Shown: in pieces, positions 16,801 to 25,252 of the stretch
How positions within the stretch are numbered: the first letter of the stretch is position 1
Layout: every line of letters begins with the position of its first letter
Source of the DNA: a virus
Taxonomy: Duplodnaviria; Caudoviricetes
Strand: one strand, 5' to 3'
DNA: 46,003 nucleotides
IMG/VR virus record: IMGVR_UViG_3300042564_000827
Span: 1-46,003 of that record
The notes under the pieces: model-generated
Told to the model about the DNA's origin: nothing
Database searches by the model: none
The model's input: the letters and a program-made list of their open reading frames with translations, nothing else
Translations under genes and position numbers: made by a program

Positions 16801-19800
16801 TTGACCTAAAATTGCACGAGAACTTGCGGCTTGTCCGTTTATAAAAAGTAATCCGTTTCCACCGCCATTTCCAATTGTCATAGTACCTGAAGCACTAAGA
16901 GTACTAAATGCACCAGCTGAATTATAAGCAGACAAATCAAGTGTGCCACCTAAAGTAAGACTACCAGTAGTAGTTACTGTACCTGTCAAGGTTAAACCAC
17001 TGACTGTACCTGTACCAGCAACAGAGGTAACTGTACCTGTGTTTGTTGTATAGCCACTAGGATTAGTGCTGTTGTATGGAGTATACCCAAGAGCACCTGT
17101 AACGTTACCGCTAGTCAACTCACCACGAATAGTAGCAGAAGATTTGTTCTCTACATTGTTTAATTCAAGCGAAGTTCTACCAGTAGCAGCTACAAGACCT
17201 GTAGATCCACCATCCCATTTAAGACGATCAGTATATGCTGTGTCTACCTTAGACTTTTCAGCTGAGGTATAGTTATTGTCTGTATGAACATAAGCAGAGT
17301 CAATTACTGTGTTTGCATTATAAGCCTGTATAGATACACCAATAGCTGCTGTTTGAAGAGCGCTATCAGCCTTAGTACCTTGAGCAGCAGTAGCATAAGC
17401 AGTGCTATCAGTAGTAGAGGCAGTACCTAGTCCAAGATTAGTTCTTGCTCCAGCAGCAGTAGTGGCGTTTGTACCACCTAATGTAATAGGAACTGCTCCA
17501 ATAATATTGGTAGATAGTACTTGACCAACACCATAAGTATTGTATACAACTGCCTCAACTGAATCGTTTAAGCTAGCCGCAGCGCCAAGAGTAAATGATG
17601 TTCCATTAGTTGCTGTGTAGTCAGTAGTACTTAACAATACACCGTTTACATAAACTTGGATTGAGCCAAGAGGGTAAGTTACACTGAATGTAGTTTGTCC
17701 TGCAGTAGCCGTAAAGCTTGTACGTGTGAAGGTACTTGTAGGTAATTCAAATGGTGCCCAAGAGGCAGTAGTTCCATCTGTCTTTAGGTATTGACCCGCA
17801 TAACTAGTTTGAGAAGGCAGTCCAGTAATACTAGCCCAAGAAGCACTTGAACCATCTGTAGTTAAGAATTTACCTGTCTGACTCAATTGTGCTGGCAAAG
17901 CATTAATTGTCTTGTTCTTCCATGTATTAGTAGAAGCTTCATATTCTAAAATCTGACGATCAGCAATGTTAGCAATGACTACATCATTCAATTCATCTAA
18001 CGTATAACCGTTAGCTAAGGCAGAGGTACCTAATCCAAGATTAGACCTAGCCGTAACAAGATTAGTTAACTCTGATAAATTGTTGTTAGCCAACATGTAG
18101 CCAGCACCAGACATATATGCTGCAACCCATGCAGATCCTGTATAAACCTTCATACCTTGAACAGTAGTGTTAAAGTACAAAGCACCAGCAACTAATGCAT
18201 TACCATCGTTGTCTAGTGTAGGATCATTAGCCTTTTGACCAAGATATTTATCATCAAAGTTATCAAATGCAGCTAAGGCTTGATCACGAGCAGCTTCAGC
18301 GGCAGCTTGCGCTGATATTGCTGAGGTTGCAGATGTGTTAGCATTAGTAGCACTAGTAGATGCATTGCTAGCTGATAATGCCGATTGAGTGGCAGAAGCA
18401 CTAGATGCTGTTGCTGAGTTAGCTGAGTTAGTTGCTGAGGTAGCAGACTGAGTGGCAGAGTTAGCTGAGTTAGTTGCGTAAGTACCTGATTGAGTAGCTG
18501 AAGTACTTGCCTCACTAGCTTTAGTTGTAGCAGTAGCTGCAGATGCTGCAGAATCAGACGCACTAGCAGCAGCTTCAGTAGCTTTAGTAGATGCTGTACC
18601 TGCACTGGTACTCGCATTAGTAGCCTGTGTAGTAGCTGTTACTGCAGATGCCGCAGCATTTACTGCTGAGGTATTAGCCGCTGTTGCACTAGTAGATGAA
18701 CTATTAGCACTGTTTAAAGAGTTAGTTGCGGATGTAGCAGCATTAGTCTCTGATGTACTTGCAGCAGAGGCAGAACTTGCCGCATTAGTAGCAGATGTAC
18801 TAGCGGAGGTTGCGCTTGCACCAGCATTAGTCTCTGAAGTACTTGCTGCAGAGGCACTAGCAGACGCTGCAGATGCAGAACCACTAGCAGATGTTGCACT
18901 AGTACTAGCTTCACTTGCTTTAGTAGTTGCTGTGCTTGCTGAAGCAGTGGCACTTGTAGCTGAGGCTGCGGCATTAGTAGCACTTGTAGCAGCTTCACTA
19001 GCTTTAGTTGTTGCAATGCCAGCCTGAGTAGTCGAAATACCTGCTTGAGTAGTAGAAATACCTGCTTGTGTTGTCGAAATACCAGCCTGAGTAGTAGCCG
19101 TTGTAGCACTTGTATTTGCTGATGTTGCAGAGGTAGCGGCATTGGTAGCACTAGTAGCGGCTTCAGCTGCTTTTGAAGATGCAGAGGTAGCACTTGCTTC
19201 AGCGGCATTTTTATAGTTTAATGCATATGTCTCAGATGAACTAGCATTCAAAGCTGAAGTAGCTGAGGCATTTTTACTTGATAAAGCTGAGGCAGCACTA
19301 GATGCCGCACTCTGAGCAGATGTGTCAGCTTCAGCAGCTTTAGTAATAGCAGTGCTTGCATAACTTTGTGAAGTAGCAGCACTAGAAGCAGCTTGAGAAG
19401 CACTTAATGCAGCATTCTGAGAGGCTGTTTGAGCAGTAGCATCATAGAACTGCCAACCAGTAGAGGTGTAAACCTTAAGCTTTTGAGCTACAGTATTAAA
19501 GTACTCAGCACCAACAATTACTGGACTGCCATTACCATCTAGTGTAGGATCAGCATTTAGCTCACCCAAATAAGTACGTCTAAATGAAGCTAAACTAGCA
19601 TCAGCACCAGCTTTAGCTGCAGCAGCATCAGCGGCACTTTGGGCAGCTTCAGCGGCCTTTGTTGTGGCAATAGTAGCTTGAGCAGTAGCAGTAGATGCGG
19701 CTCCTGTAGCTACACCTGCTTGAGTAGTTGCAGTGTTAGCTTGGGTGGTGGCAATACCTGCCTGAGTAGTAGCAATACTAGCTGAAACAACCGCCTCAGC

Positions 19801-20601
19801 AGCTTTAGTAGTTGCTGTTCCTGCTTGATTAGTAGCAGTACTTGCAGAATTAAACGCTGAAGTAGCTGAAGCGGAAGCCTCAGTAGCTTTTGTGGTAGAT
19901 ATTCCTGCCTGAGTAGATGCGATAACTGCTTGTTGAGTTGCCGTGGTGGCACTTGCTAAAGCACTGTCTGCAGAACCATCTGAGTCAAATGCACTGTTAG
20001 CTGAGTTAGTCGCACTTGTTGCAGCAGCACTAGCTGAGTTAGTTGCAGATGTGGCTTGGTTAGTAGCAATAGTTGCTTGAGCAGTAGCTGTTGTAGCAGA
20101 AGCCTGAGCTGCATTTCTATAAGCTAATGAATTGGCTTCATAACCTGAGGCTGCAATTTGGCTAGTATTAGCACTAGCTGCAGAGGCTTGAGCATTAGTA
20201 GCACTATTTAAAGCATTACCAGCAGAGACACTTGCTTGAGTAGCACTAGTTGCTGAGTTAGTAGCTGAAGTAGTTGAAGCAGTAGCTTGATTAGTAGCAG
20301 TAGTTGCACTATCAGAGGCTGAGTTAGCACTAGCAGAAGCAGCACCCGCACTCACACTTGAAGCTGCAGCAGAGTTAGCCGCAGCAGTAGCACTAGCAGC
20401 AGCTTGATCTCTCTTCAATGTAATGCTTGTTAACTCATCAGAAAACTGTTGTGCAGTTCCAGTATAGCCATTCTGCACAGCAATTTGATATGCACTATAA
20501 CCTTGTGCACCTTGACCACCAGTACGAGACAGTGAAAGAACATATTCTACTGCTTGTACATTAATAATATTTTCTTGTGTGGTTAAACCTAGGGTTGCCA
20601 T
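13837..20601 (-). CDS. Very long tail fibre (2254 aa): Ala/Ser/Thr coiled-coil shaft with C-terminal CBM-like and LamG-like domains
   Basis: ~800 aa of AST heptad repeats, two YLG..DPTLD..G knuckle modules, C-terminal LNDGAWHQVV...IYIDG LamG motif. Confidence 0.85.
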   Translation of the reverse strand: MATLGLTTQENIINVQAVEYVLSLSRTGGQGAQGYSAYQIAVQNGYTGTAQQFSDELTSITLKRDQAAASATAAANSAAASSVSAGAASASANSASDSATTATNQATASTTSATNSATSATQASVSAGNALNSATNAQASAASANTSQIAASGYEANSLAYRNAAQASATTATAQATIATNQATSATNSASAAATSATNSANSAFDSDGSADSALASATTATQQAVIASTQAGISTTKATEASASATSAFNSASTATNQAGTATTKAAEAVVSASIATTQAGIATTQANTATTQAGVATGAASTATAQATIATTKAAEAAQSAADAAAAKAGADASLASFRRTYLGELNADPTLDGNGSPVIVGAEYFNTVAQKLKVYTSTGWQFYDATAQTASQNAALSASQAASSAATSQSYASTAITKAAEADTSAQSAASSAASALSSKNASATSALNASSSETYALNYKNAAEASATSASSKAAEAATSATNAATSATSANTSATTATTQAGISTTQAGISTTQAGISTTQAGIATTKASEAATSATNAAASATSATASASTATTKASEASTSATSASGSASAASASASAASTSETNAGASATSASTSATNAASSASAASTSETNAATSATNSLNSANSSSTSATAANTSAVNAAASAVTATTQATNASTSAGTASTKATEAAASASDSAASAATATTKASEASTSATQSGTYATNSANSATQSATSATNSANSATASSASATQSALSASNASTSATNANTSATSAISAQAAAEAARDQALAAFDNFDDKYLGQKANDPTLDNDGNALVAGALYFNTTVQGMKVYTGSAWVAAYMSGAGYMLANNNLSELTNLVTARSNLGLGTSALANGYTLDELNDVVIANIADRQILEYEASTNTWKNKTINALPAQLSQTGKFLTTDGSSASWASITGLPSQTSYAGQYLKTDGTTASWAPFELPTSTFTRTSFTATAGQTTFSVTYPLGSIQVYVNGVLLSTTDYTATNGTSFTLGAAASLNDSVEAVVYNTYGVGQVLSTNIIGAVPITLGGTNATTAAGARTNLGLGTASTTDSTAYATAAQGTKADSALQTAAIGVSIQAYNANTVIDSAYVHTDNNYTSAEKSKVDTAYTDRLKWDGGSTGLVAATGRTSLELNNVENKSSATIRGELTSGNVTGALGYTPYNSTNPSGYTTNTGTVTSVAGTGTVSGLTLTGTVTTTGSLTLGGTLDLSAYNSAGAFSTLSASGTMTIGNGGGNGLLFINGQAASSRAILGQTAGTNRWIMYLGNPTAETGSDAGSNFQLFAVSDAGAGIDTPILITRASGGSIALGGTSNRPVTSTGNVGIGTTSINARLVVEGTQVNLDPNIYITQAIRSTAAYNASPRSGLSFAVKYDSNNNFVYGATIQGYKNNATNGDYGVGLLFTTQANGSTPTQSMTLGSDGVLLVGANSNTNSSKLVVNGTISQTVGSTQYLVVDQSDIGTGQNQIPLNQYLGSMAFQDKENVNFTGGTGALSSLDIAAISAQLNVSASSVFIYDTSKDSDGGAWRKRTQHASWYNEPLNTATRGARREFPAVAVIVANFSSPQLIIYDGDSPDMPLWISYKYLSWDAPIRKVSAVNGILAGVIFGAPDYSGNGLVLLDFIKDRQSRNYIAGYYIFKNGFVNELLSTTRDNDAYLAIGSNIREYTLSSYNTYDLAMTVLPNAPIDTATGLPIPTIAVATASGVSVIRDNGTVSNLTWSGAAIKLSGFNSDNAFCAIYNNGNTIYNVKYKPPYNTQDTSENYYYNLAVAQGPSLPWNPTNEKPLWGRKNEYVIGTTGVLRYLGEGIDGVPATRTYNVQTSTYNSGYMVGDIKGAWLSDTTQETVVGIELITNGTFDSSTTGWSAYPGYTGTVLSVDTNRLKVFGGGAQQSFSTVIGKKYVLSYTLTAFNPGGVYLGTEPSGTGGFSYFSTGSQGSGTYIYTFTATSTTAYIGLFAWNAASEYAFYDNVSVRLADADRSANNKGLQVFGTITKTPVATGSDLVAYSGFTDSNYLHQDYTSTSDIGTGNFSVSGWFRTTNTESTYRGLFYKNTLGAPGGTGIQILMNPTHGVYGYIYGSITTADIASTEVLNDGAWHQVVFTSSNNNSHSIYIDGKLATAVNALVGSLTNTTAITAVGAYKMSNSNYSWRGDLALWRFSLSAPSADQVAKMYNDEKYLFQPNAKATLYGTSDAVTALAYDSDTQLLHVGTSSGRSVFDGLRRVDNTTTAVATAISAVDGLVVEN

Positions 20602-20602
20602 A

Positions 20603-21040
20603 TTAAACCTCCGTTGGAGAGTATCTTACTTCGACCAAACCTCGAAATGGTTTCCACACTTGTTTACGTGAGCCTATACCAGTATCTCTGATTTCTAAAT
20701 CAATAAAGCCGTATACTGGTTTATCTGGACTTGGCTGAACTGACCATCCAGTAATTAATGTTTCGGGTATAACCATAATAAATTGGTTATTTGTGTCTGT
20801 TGTATCTAACAACGGAATAGTTACAGTTACGCCACCTGGCTTTACTGTCAATGGGATAGCACCTGTGCCATCATTATTTGCTTCAACTACTTTGCTAAAA
20901 AGTTCGTAGTCTGCAATATTAGTTAACCAAGCTAATGTTAGGTTTAAGTGTATCTGTTCACCCTTGATGACGGATACTAGTACTGCTCCATCATCAGATA
21001 TCAAATCCTTTGATGAAGACGTAATCTTACTTCGTGCCAT
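20603..21040 (-). CDS. Virion structural protein, possible fibre-attachment/adaptor
   Basis: 145 aa, beta-rich, directly upstream of the long fibre. Confidence 0.55.
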   Translation of the reverse strand: MARSKITSSSKDLISDDGAVLVSVIKGEQIHLNLTLAWLTNIADYELFSKVVEANNDGTGAIPLTVKPGGVTVTIPLLDTTDTNNQFIMVIPETLITGWSVQPSPDKPVYGFIDLEIRDTGIGSRKQVWKPFRGLVEVRYSPTEV

Positions 21041-21076
21041 TTTGTTTCCTCTCTCGATCCTCAGATGGAGTTAAGA

Positions 21077-21535
21077 TTAATTAATTGGATAGATTAGGCT
21101 TTTATTCCTTTTTATCCATCCTTGTTTTATTAAGATTCTATTGAATGAATCGCTATTATCTAATTCACTTGATGTTATCGCTAAATCAACATTTTTCTCT
21201 TTAGCTGCTTCAATCATTGATTCATGTACAAGTATTAAAGCTTTAACCGCTTTATAACCAGACAAATTACAATGATAATACAGCTGATATAATGCTGTTT
21301 GCCTAGAATGTAGGTAGGGTCTGATTACTTTAGCAGCAATCCAACCTATTACTTTTGAGTCCTCTTTAATAACTCTAAAATAGTCACCTCTTCTAGCTAA
21401 TGTAAATAAATTATTTTTACATAAATCTGGATCTATTGATACTTCAACAGACTCGTATTCTGAAAAATAATCTATTGATAATTTAAGACATTCTTCTAAT
21501 TCTTCTGATGTTTTGATTTTATCTATTTCTATCAT
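21077..21535 (-). CDS. GNAT-fold acetyltransferase-like protein
   Basis: FRVIKEDSKVIGWIAA ... MIEAAKEKNV ... RILIKQGW pattern; likely start MIEIDKIK at 21535. Confidence 0.6.
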   Translation of the reverse strand: MIEIDKIKTSEELEECLKLSIDYFSEYESVEVSIDPDLCKNNLFTLARRGDYFRVIKEDSKVIGWIAAKVIRPYLHSRQTALYQLYYHCNLSGYKAVKALILVHESMIEAAKEKNVDLAITSSELDNSDSFNRILIKQGWIKRNKSLIYPIN

Positions 21536-21560
21536 AATAATAATAACCAAGGGAGGCTTT

Positions 21561-21588
21561 AGATCTCTCTTTAGCGTCCCCTGGTAAA
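21561..21588 (-). promoter_or_regulatory. Putative phage-RNAP promoter, copy 2
   Basis: TTTACCAGGGGACGCTAAAGAGAGATCT, 28/28 identical to 38130-38157, intergenic. Confidence 0.75.
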
Positions 21589-21598
21589 TGTAATACTT

Positions 21599-24500
21599 TT
21601 AATTAATTTGATTACCAGTCCCTGATGGCAGTAAAGTGACAAAAGGACCATTTACATAATCTTGTCTAATAGTACCATTACTATTTTCTGCTCTAGCACT
21701 GATTCTCATATTAGTTTGGAAATCTCCAGGATTTGCGGGGCTTGTATAATTACCTTGATTTGCTCCAATTGGTAATTCAGGATCTCCTGCAACAAACACA
21801 TTATTTCCTGTTCCATAAACACCAGCAGCTACTTGTATTCGTACATAAAGTCCTGCAGTTATAGGCCCATCAAAACTTATTGTGGCTAATTTAACATCTC
21901 CTGGCTCTACAGGTACTGTGTCATAGGTAACTGAAGTAACTAAAGGTTGTGTCGATACACTATACGCTTGGACATCAAATGTAAATGATAAACCTGCAAC
22001 TGAAATAGTAACAGATTGTGCTGGTACTGTGCTAGTTGGTACTGTAGCGGTTACTGTAAAATAAGTATCTACTTGTCCATTACCAGAAATAACTGAACTT
22101 GTAGGACTAATACTGACTCTAGCAGAGCCAGCACCTGACTTTGAAGGAGTTAAAGTAATCCCATCTGCATTGTTAGATCTTACATAAAAGCTAGGACCCG
22201 CACCATTAGCCAAACTTGACCAAGTATTATACAAGGCATACGTTGGTGCTACATAACCACAAAGAGTGCTATTGTATTCAACTACTTCAGCATATACACC
22301 TCCACTACCATCATTATAATTTTGGTATCGTGTAGTTCCTGAGCAATATGGGCTACCATTAACGGTACCTGCAGCAGGATAACTTGGAGCACTAATAACA
22401 AAAGGAATGGCTAACTGTGCACTATCTCCAAAACTATTTGTAGCATAAACAGTAAAGCTGTATGTACCAGCAGTTGTTGGTGTACCACTTATAGTATATG
22501 TTGTATAATACTCTCCATAAGGGTTATTGCTTTTAGTGAGTGTTGTTCCAGGGGGTAGTGTTCCAGAATAACTCCATAAAGAAGGTTGTGCAGTACCACC
22601 AGTATCATGAAAATAACTAGTTGAAAGGGCAGTACCAACTACCCCAGAATTACTTCCATAAGTACTAATGCTGGTAACATTTGTTGAAGTATCATTAATT
22701 GTTACAGTTACAGCAGTCTGACCATTATCTAACGATACAACAAAGTATTCCGTACCTTCTGTAAAACTATCGTTTTTCATAGTTATAGTACGTGTACCAC
22801 CATTTGAAAGAGTACCTGTTAGGCTAGTATTATTAATATCAACTGAGGTAACCCCTGTGATAGTGTATGAAAAGCTTCCAGACTGATTTGTAGTAAGTGT
22901 AATAACAAAAGAACTACCTTCATCTACAGTTGTAGGGCTTGCGGATAACAGATAGCTTGGAGCTACATAGCCACAAGTAGGGCTATTGTAAGTACCTTCA
23001 GTAGTTATTCCTCCCATACCATCTGCGTAATCTTGTAATAAAGTATAAGGGGCTACACCATAGGCTTCACAATAGGGGTTACCAATAGGTGTACCAGCAG
23101 GTAATACATTTTTGACCACAACACTAGTAGTAGCAACTAATGCCCCATCATAACCACCAGTAGTGCCTGTACCAGGAACTTTAATAGCCAAATTAACAGT
23201 TGTATCTGCAGCTACAGCGCCAACTGTCCAAAATAAACCTGTAGTATAATTATTACTATTAATATATAAACTTGAGGTATCACAAGTAACATTAGCATTG
23301 TTAGACACAAAAGTAAATGTTGAACCTAATGCATTCTGTATATTAATTGTAGTTGACTGAGTTGAATTTTCAGGCCAATTTGTACCTACTACTGTGATAG
23401 TATAAATAGGGGTTGGAGCCGTACTAGTATCGTTAATTGTAATAGCGCTACTATCATAATTAGTACCATCTACATTAGCTCTTAAAATAAAAGTCTCTGA
23501 ACCTTCTGTAAGTAAATCAGCTGCAGTAGAGTAGCTTACACTCACTGTACCAGCATTATTATTGCTTGGAGTTGTATGTGTTGTAGTATTAAGAGTAATA
23601 TCTGAGCCACTAACGTTTGTTCCATATACAATTGAAAAGTTTATTGTTTTAGAAGGGGCATTACTATAATTAAATATCAGAGAGCTAGTTGAATTTTCAT
23701 TAACACTACTTGGTGTAGCCCAATAATAACCAGGACTTAAACTTGTATCATTAATAGTTACATTAACCTCTGTACTAAGTCCATTTAGACTTAATTTAAA
23801 TATCTCAGTACCTTCAGTAAGAGCATCATTCTTAATAATAAAGGTTGCAGTAGCTGTATTACTTTGAACAACAAAATTACCAGTTAACCCACCGCTTACC
23901 AAGTCAGCAGAGCTAATACCTGTTATAGTCCAAGGTACACTTGTGTTATCGTTAATTAATGTAGTTGTTAAAGTTATTGTAATTATTGTACCTTCATTAA
24001 CTGTTACATAGTCGGAACTAAGTGAGTAGGTTGGGTTTGAACCTCCACCTCCACCTCCGCTAGGTGCTTGATAAAAATCGGCATCAGCTGCAATAACACT
24101 TAACCCTCCCACATTTCCAGCAATAAAACTTGCAAAGATACTTCCTATTTCTGGTTGACCATCTACATATGATGTTGAGATAGTTCTTGAATCAATATAT
24201 TGCCCACGTCTCCTGTAACTAGTATCAAATACTTTTTCAGAGGAATATCCAAAGCCATTATCTCCAGCAAACATAACTGCAGATTTAGGTACTAAGTAAA
24301 TAGGATTAGTAGGTACTGGTAGATAAAGACTAGTTGTTGTCTCAGACCCAGGAATATCAAAATTATCAGTTATACTATATGGGACTAATTGAACAAAGCT
24401 ACTATCAAAAGTTTTTACTTGTGAACTATTATACATTCTTAATGCTGGTCCACTAGAGGTTAATGCATTAAGAGCAGCTGCATTAACAGCAAAAATATAT

Positions 24501-24868
24501 GCAGTGGGTAACGAGTAAGTTATTGGCGTCCCTTCTGAATTTGCATAAACAGAACAAGTGAGAGCCTTAGACATAACAATTGATGAGCTTGGAAAATTAT
24601 ACCATATGTCTTTAGTTGGTTCTCCTGGAATAATTGTATCTGGTAAAACCCACATTACAATATAGGATCCTCCAGTAGCTATTGTAAAGGTACTTGTAGA
24701 ATAATCTCTTCTAATATAACCAGGATGAGCTTGTGCATAGTATGGACCTGCCTCAATATAAGTAGGCGTAGTTCCAAATTCTAGCTTTTGTACAAAGGTA
24801 GGATTGACAAGCTCGCTATCAACTAATAATTCTGAGTCATCATTAAAAACCCTTAAACCATATGTCAT
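21599..24868 (-). CDS. Tail tip-associated adhesin/fibre with Ig/Calx-beta-like repeats
   Basis: Repeated V(N/D)EG...D..TEG(T/S)E.F...INDTS modules, an ISGTPTTAGTYSFTV Ig-like motif, two Cys-bracketed repeats. Confidence 0.75.
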   Translation of the reverse strand: MTYGLRVFNDDSELLVDSELVNPTFVQKLEFGTTPTYIEAGPYYAQAHPGYIRRDYSTSTFTIATGGSYIVMWVLPDTIIPGEPTKDIWYNFPSSSIVMSKALTCSVYANSEGTPITYSLPTAYIFAVNAAALNALTSSGPALRMYNSSQVKTFDSSFVQLVPYSITDNFDIPGSETTTSLYLPVPTNPIYLVPKSAVMFAGDNGFGYSSEKVFDTSYRRRGQYIDSRTISTSYVDGQPEIGSIFASFIAGNVGGLSVIAADADFYQAPSGGGGGGSNPTYSLSSDYVTVNEGTIITITLTTTLINDNTSVPWTITGISSADLVSGGLTGNFVVQSNTATATFIIKNDALTEGTEIFKLSLNGLSTEVNVTINDTSLSPGYYWATPSSVNENSTSSLIFNYSNAPSKTINFSIVYGTNVSGSDITLNTTTHTTPSNNNAGTVSVSYSTAADLLTEGSETFILRANVDGTNYDSSAITINDTSTAPTPIYTITVVGTNWPENSTQSTTINIQNALGSTFTFVSNNANVTCDTSSLYINSNNYTTGLFWTVGAVAADTTVNLAIKVPGTGTTGGYDGALVATTSVVVKNVLPAGTPIGNPYCEAYGVAPYTLLQDYADGMGGITTEGTYNSPTCGYVAPSYLLSASPTTVDEGSSFVITLTTNQSGSFSYTITGVTSVDINNTSLTGTLSNGGTRTITMKNDSFTEGTEYFVVSLDNGQTAVTVTINDTSTNVTSISTYGSNSGVVGTALSTSYFHDTGGTAQPSLWSYSGTLPPGTTLTKSNNPYGEYYTTYTISGTPTTAGTYSFTVYATNSFGDSAQLAIPFVISAPSYPAAGTVNGSPYCSGTTRYQNYNDGSGGVYAEVVEYNSTLCGYVAPTYALYNTWSSLANGAGPSFYVRSNNADGITLTPSKSGAGSARVSISPTSSVISGNGQVDTYFTVTATVPTSTVPAQSVTISVAGLSFTFDVQAYSVSTQPLVTSVTYDTVPVEPGDVKLATISFDGPITAGLYVRIQVAAGVYGTGNNVFVAGDPELPIGANQGNYTSPANPGDFQTNMRISARAENSNGTIRQDYVNGPFVTLLPSGTGNQIN

Positions 24869-24876
24869 AAACTACC

Positions 24877-25251
24877 TCACTTAACAAAAACATAAAGGAC
24901 AGTAACAGTATAGTTAAAGTCTGGATTAGTTATACCATAATCACTTATTCGAAATAGTTGTCTACTCCACCTAACATAAGGAATACCACTCTCTACTCCA
25001 ACAATCCATTCATGAGGCCCTGGACCTAGTTGCATAGGTCGCAGGGTTCTACCAGCATATTCTGGAAAATCTATAAAGTACATTGTACCTTCTGGTAAAT
25101 TAGGATAGATATAATTTGGCATACTTCTCGTAGACCCTGTACCTGCATTATCTAAATATAAAGTCTTACCATAGACTGCAGTTTTATTTGAATTAGCCAA
25201 TATTACAGTTGTACCATCTTCTTTATAAGTTTTTAATCCATATGTTGCCAT
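24877..25251 (-). CDS. Small tail tip protein
   Basis: MATYGLKTY start resembles the MTYGLRVF start of the next gene; follows the central tip protein. Confidence 0.6.
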   Translation of the reverse strand: MATYGLKTYKEDGTTVILANSNKTAVYGKTLYLDNAGTGSTRSMPNYIYPNLPEGTMYFIDFPEYAGRTLRPMQLGPGPHEWIVGVESGIPYVRWSRQLFRISDYGITNPDFNYTVTVLYVFVK

Positions 25252-25252
25252 T

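Noticed and set aside
21037-21069. Hammerhead-like string CCAT-CTGAGGA-TCGAGAGA-GGAAAC-AAA-ATGG before the 145-aa gene
   Set aside because: Stem II is only 2 bp with an extra G, and there is no stem III or NUH triplet. At most an RBS/start-sequestering fold.
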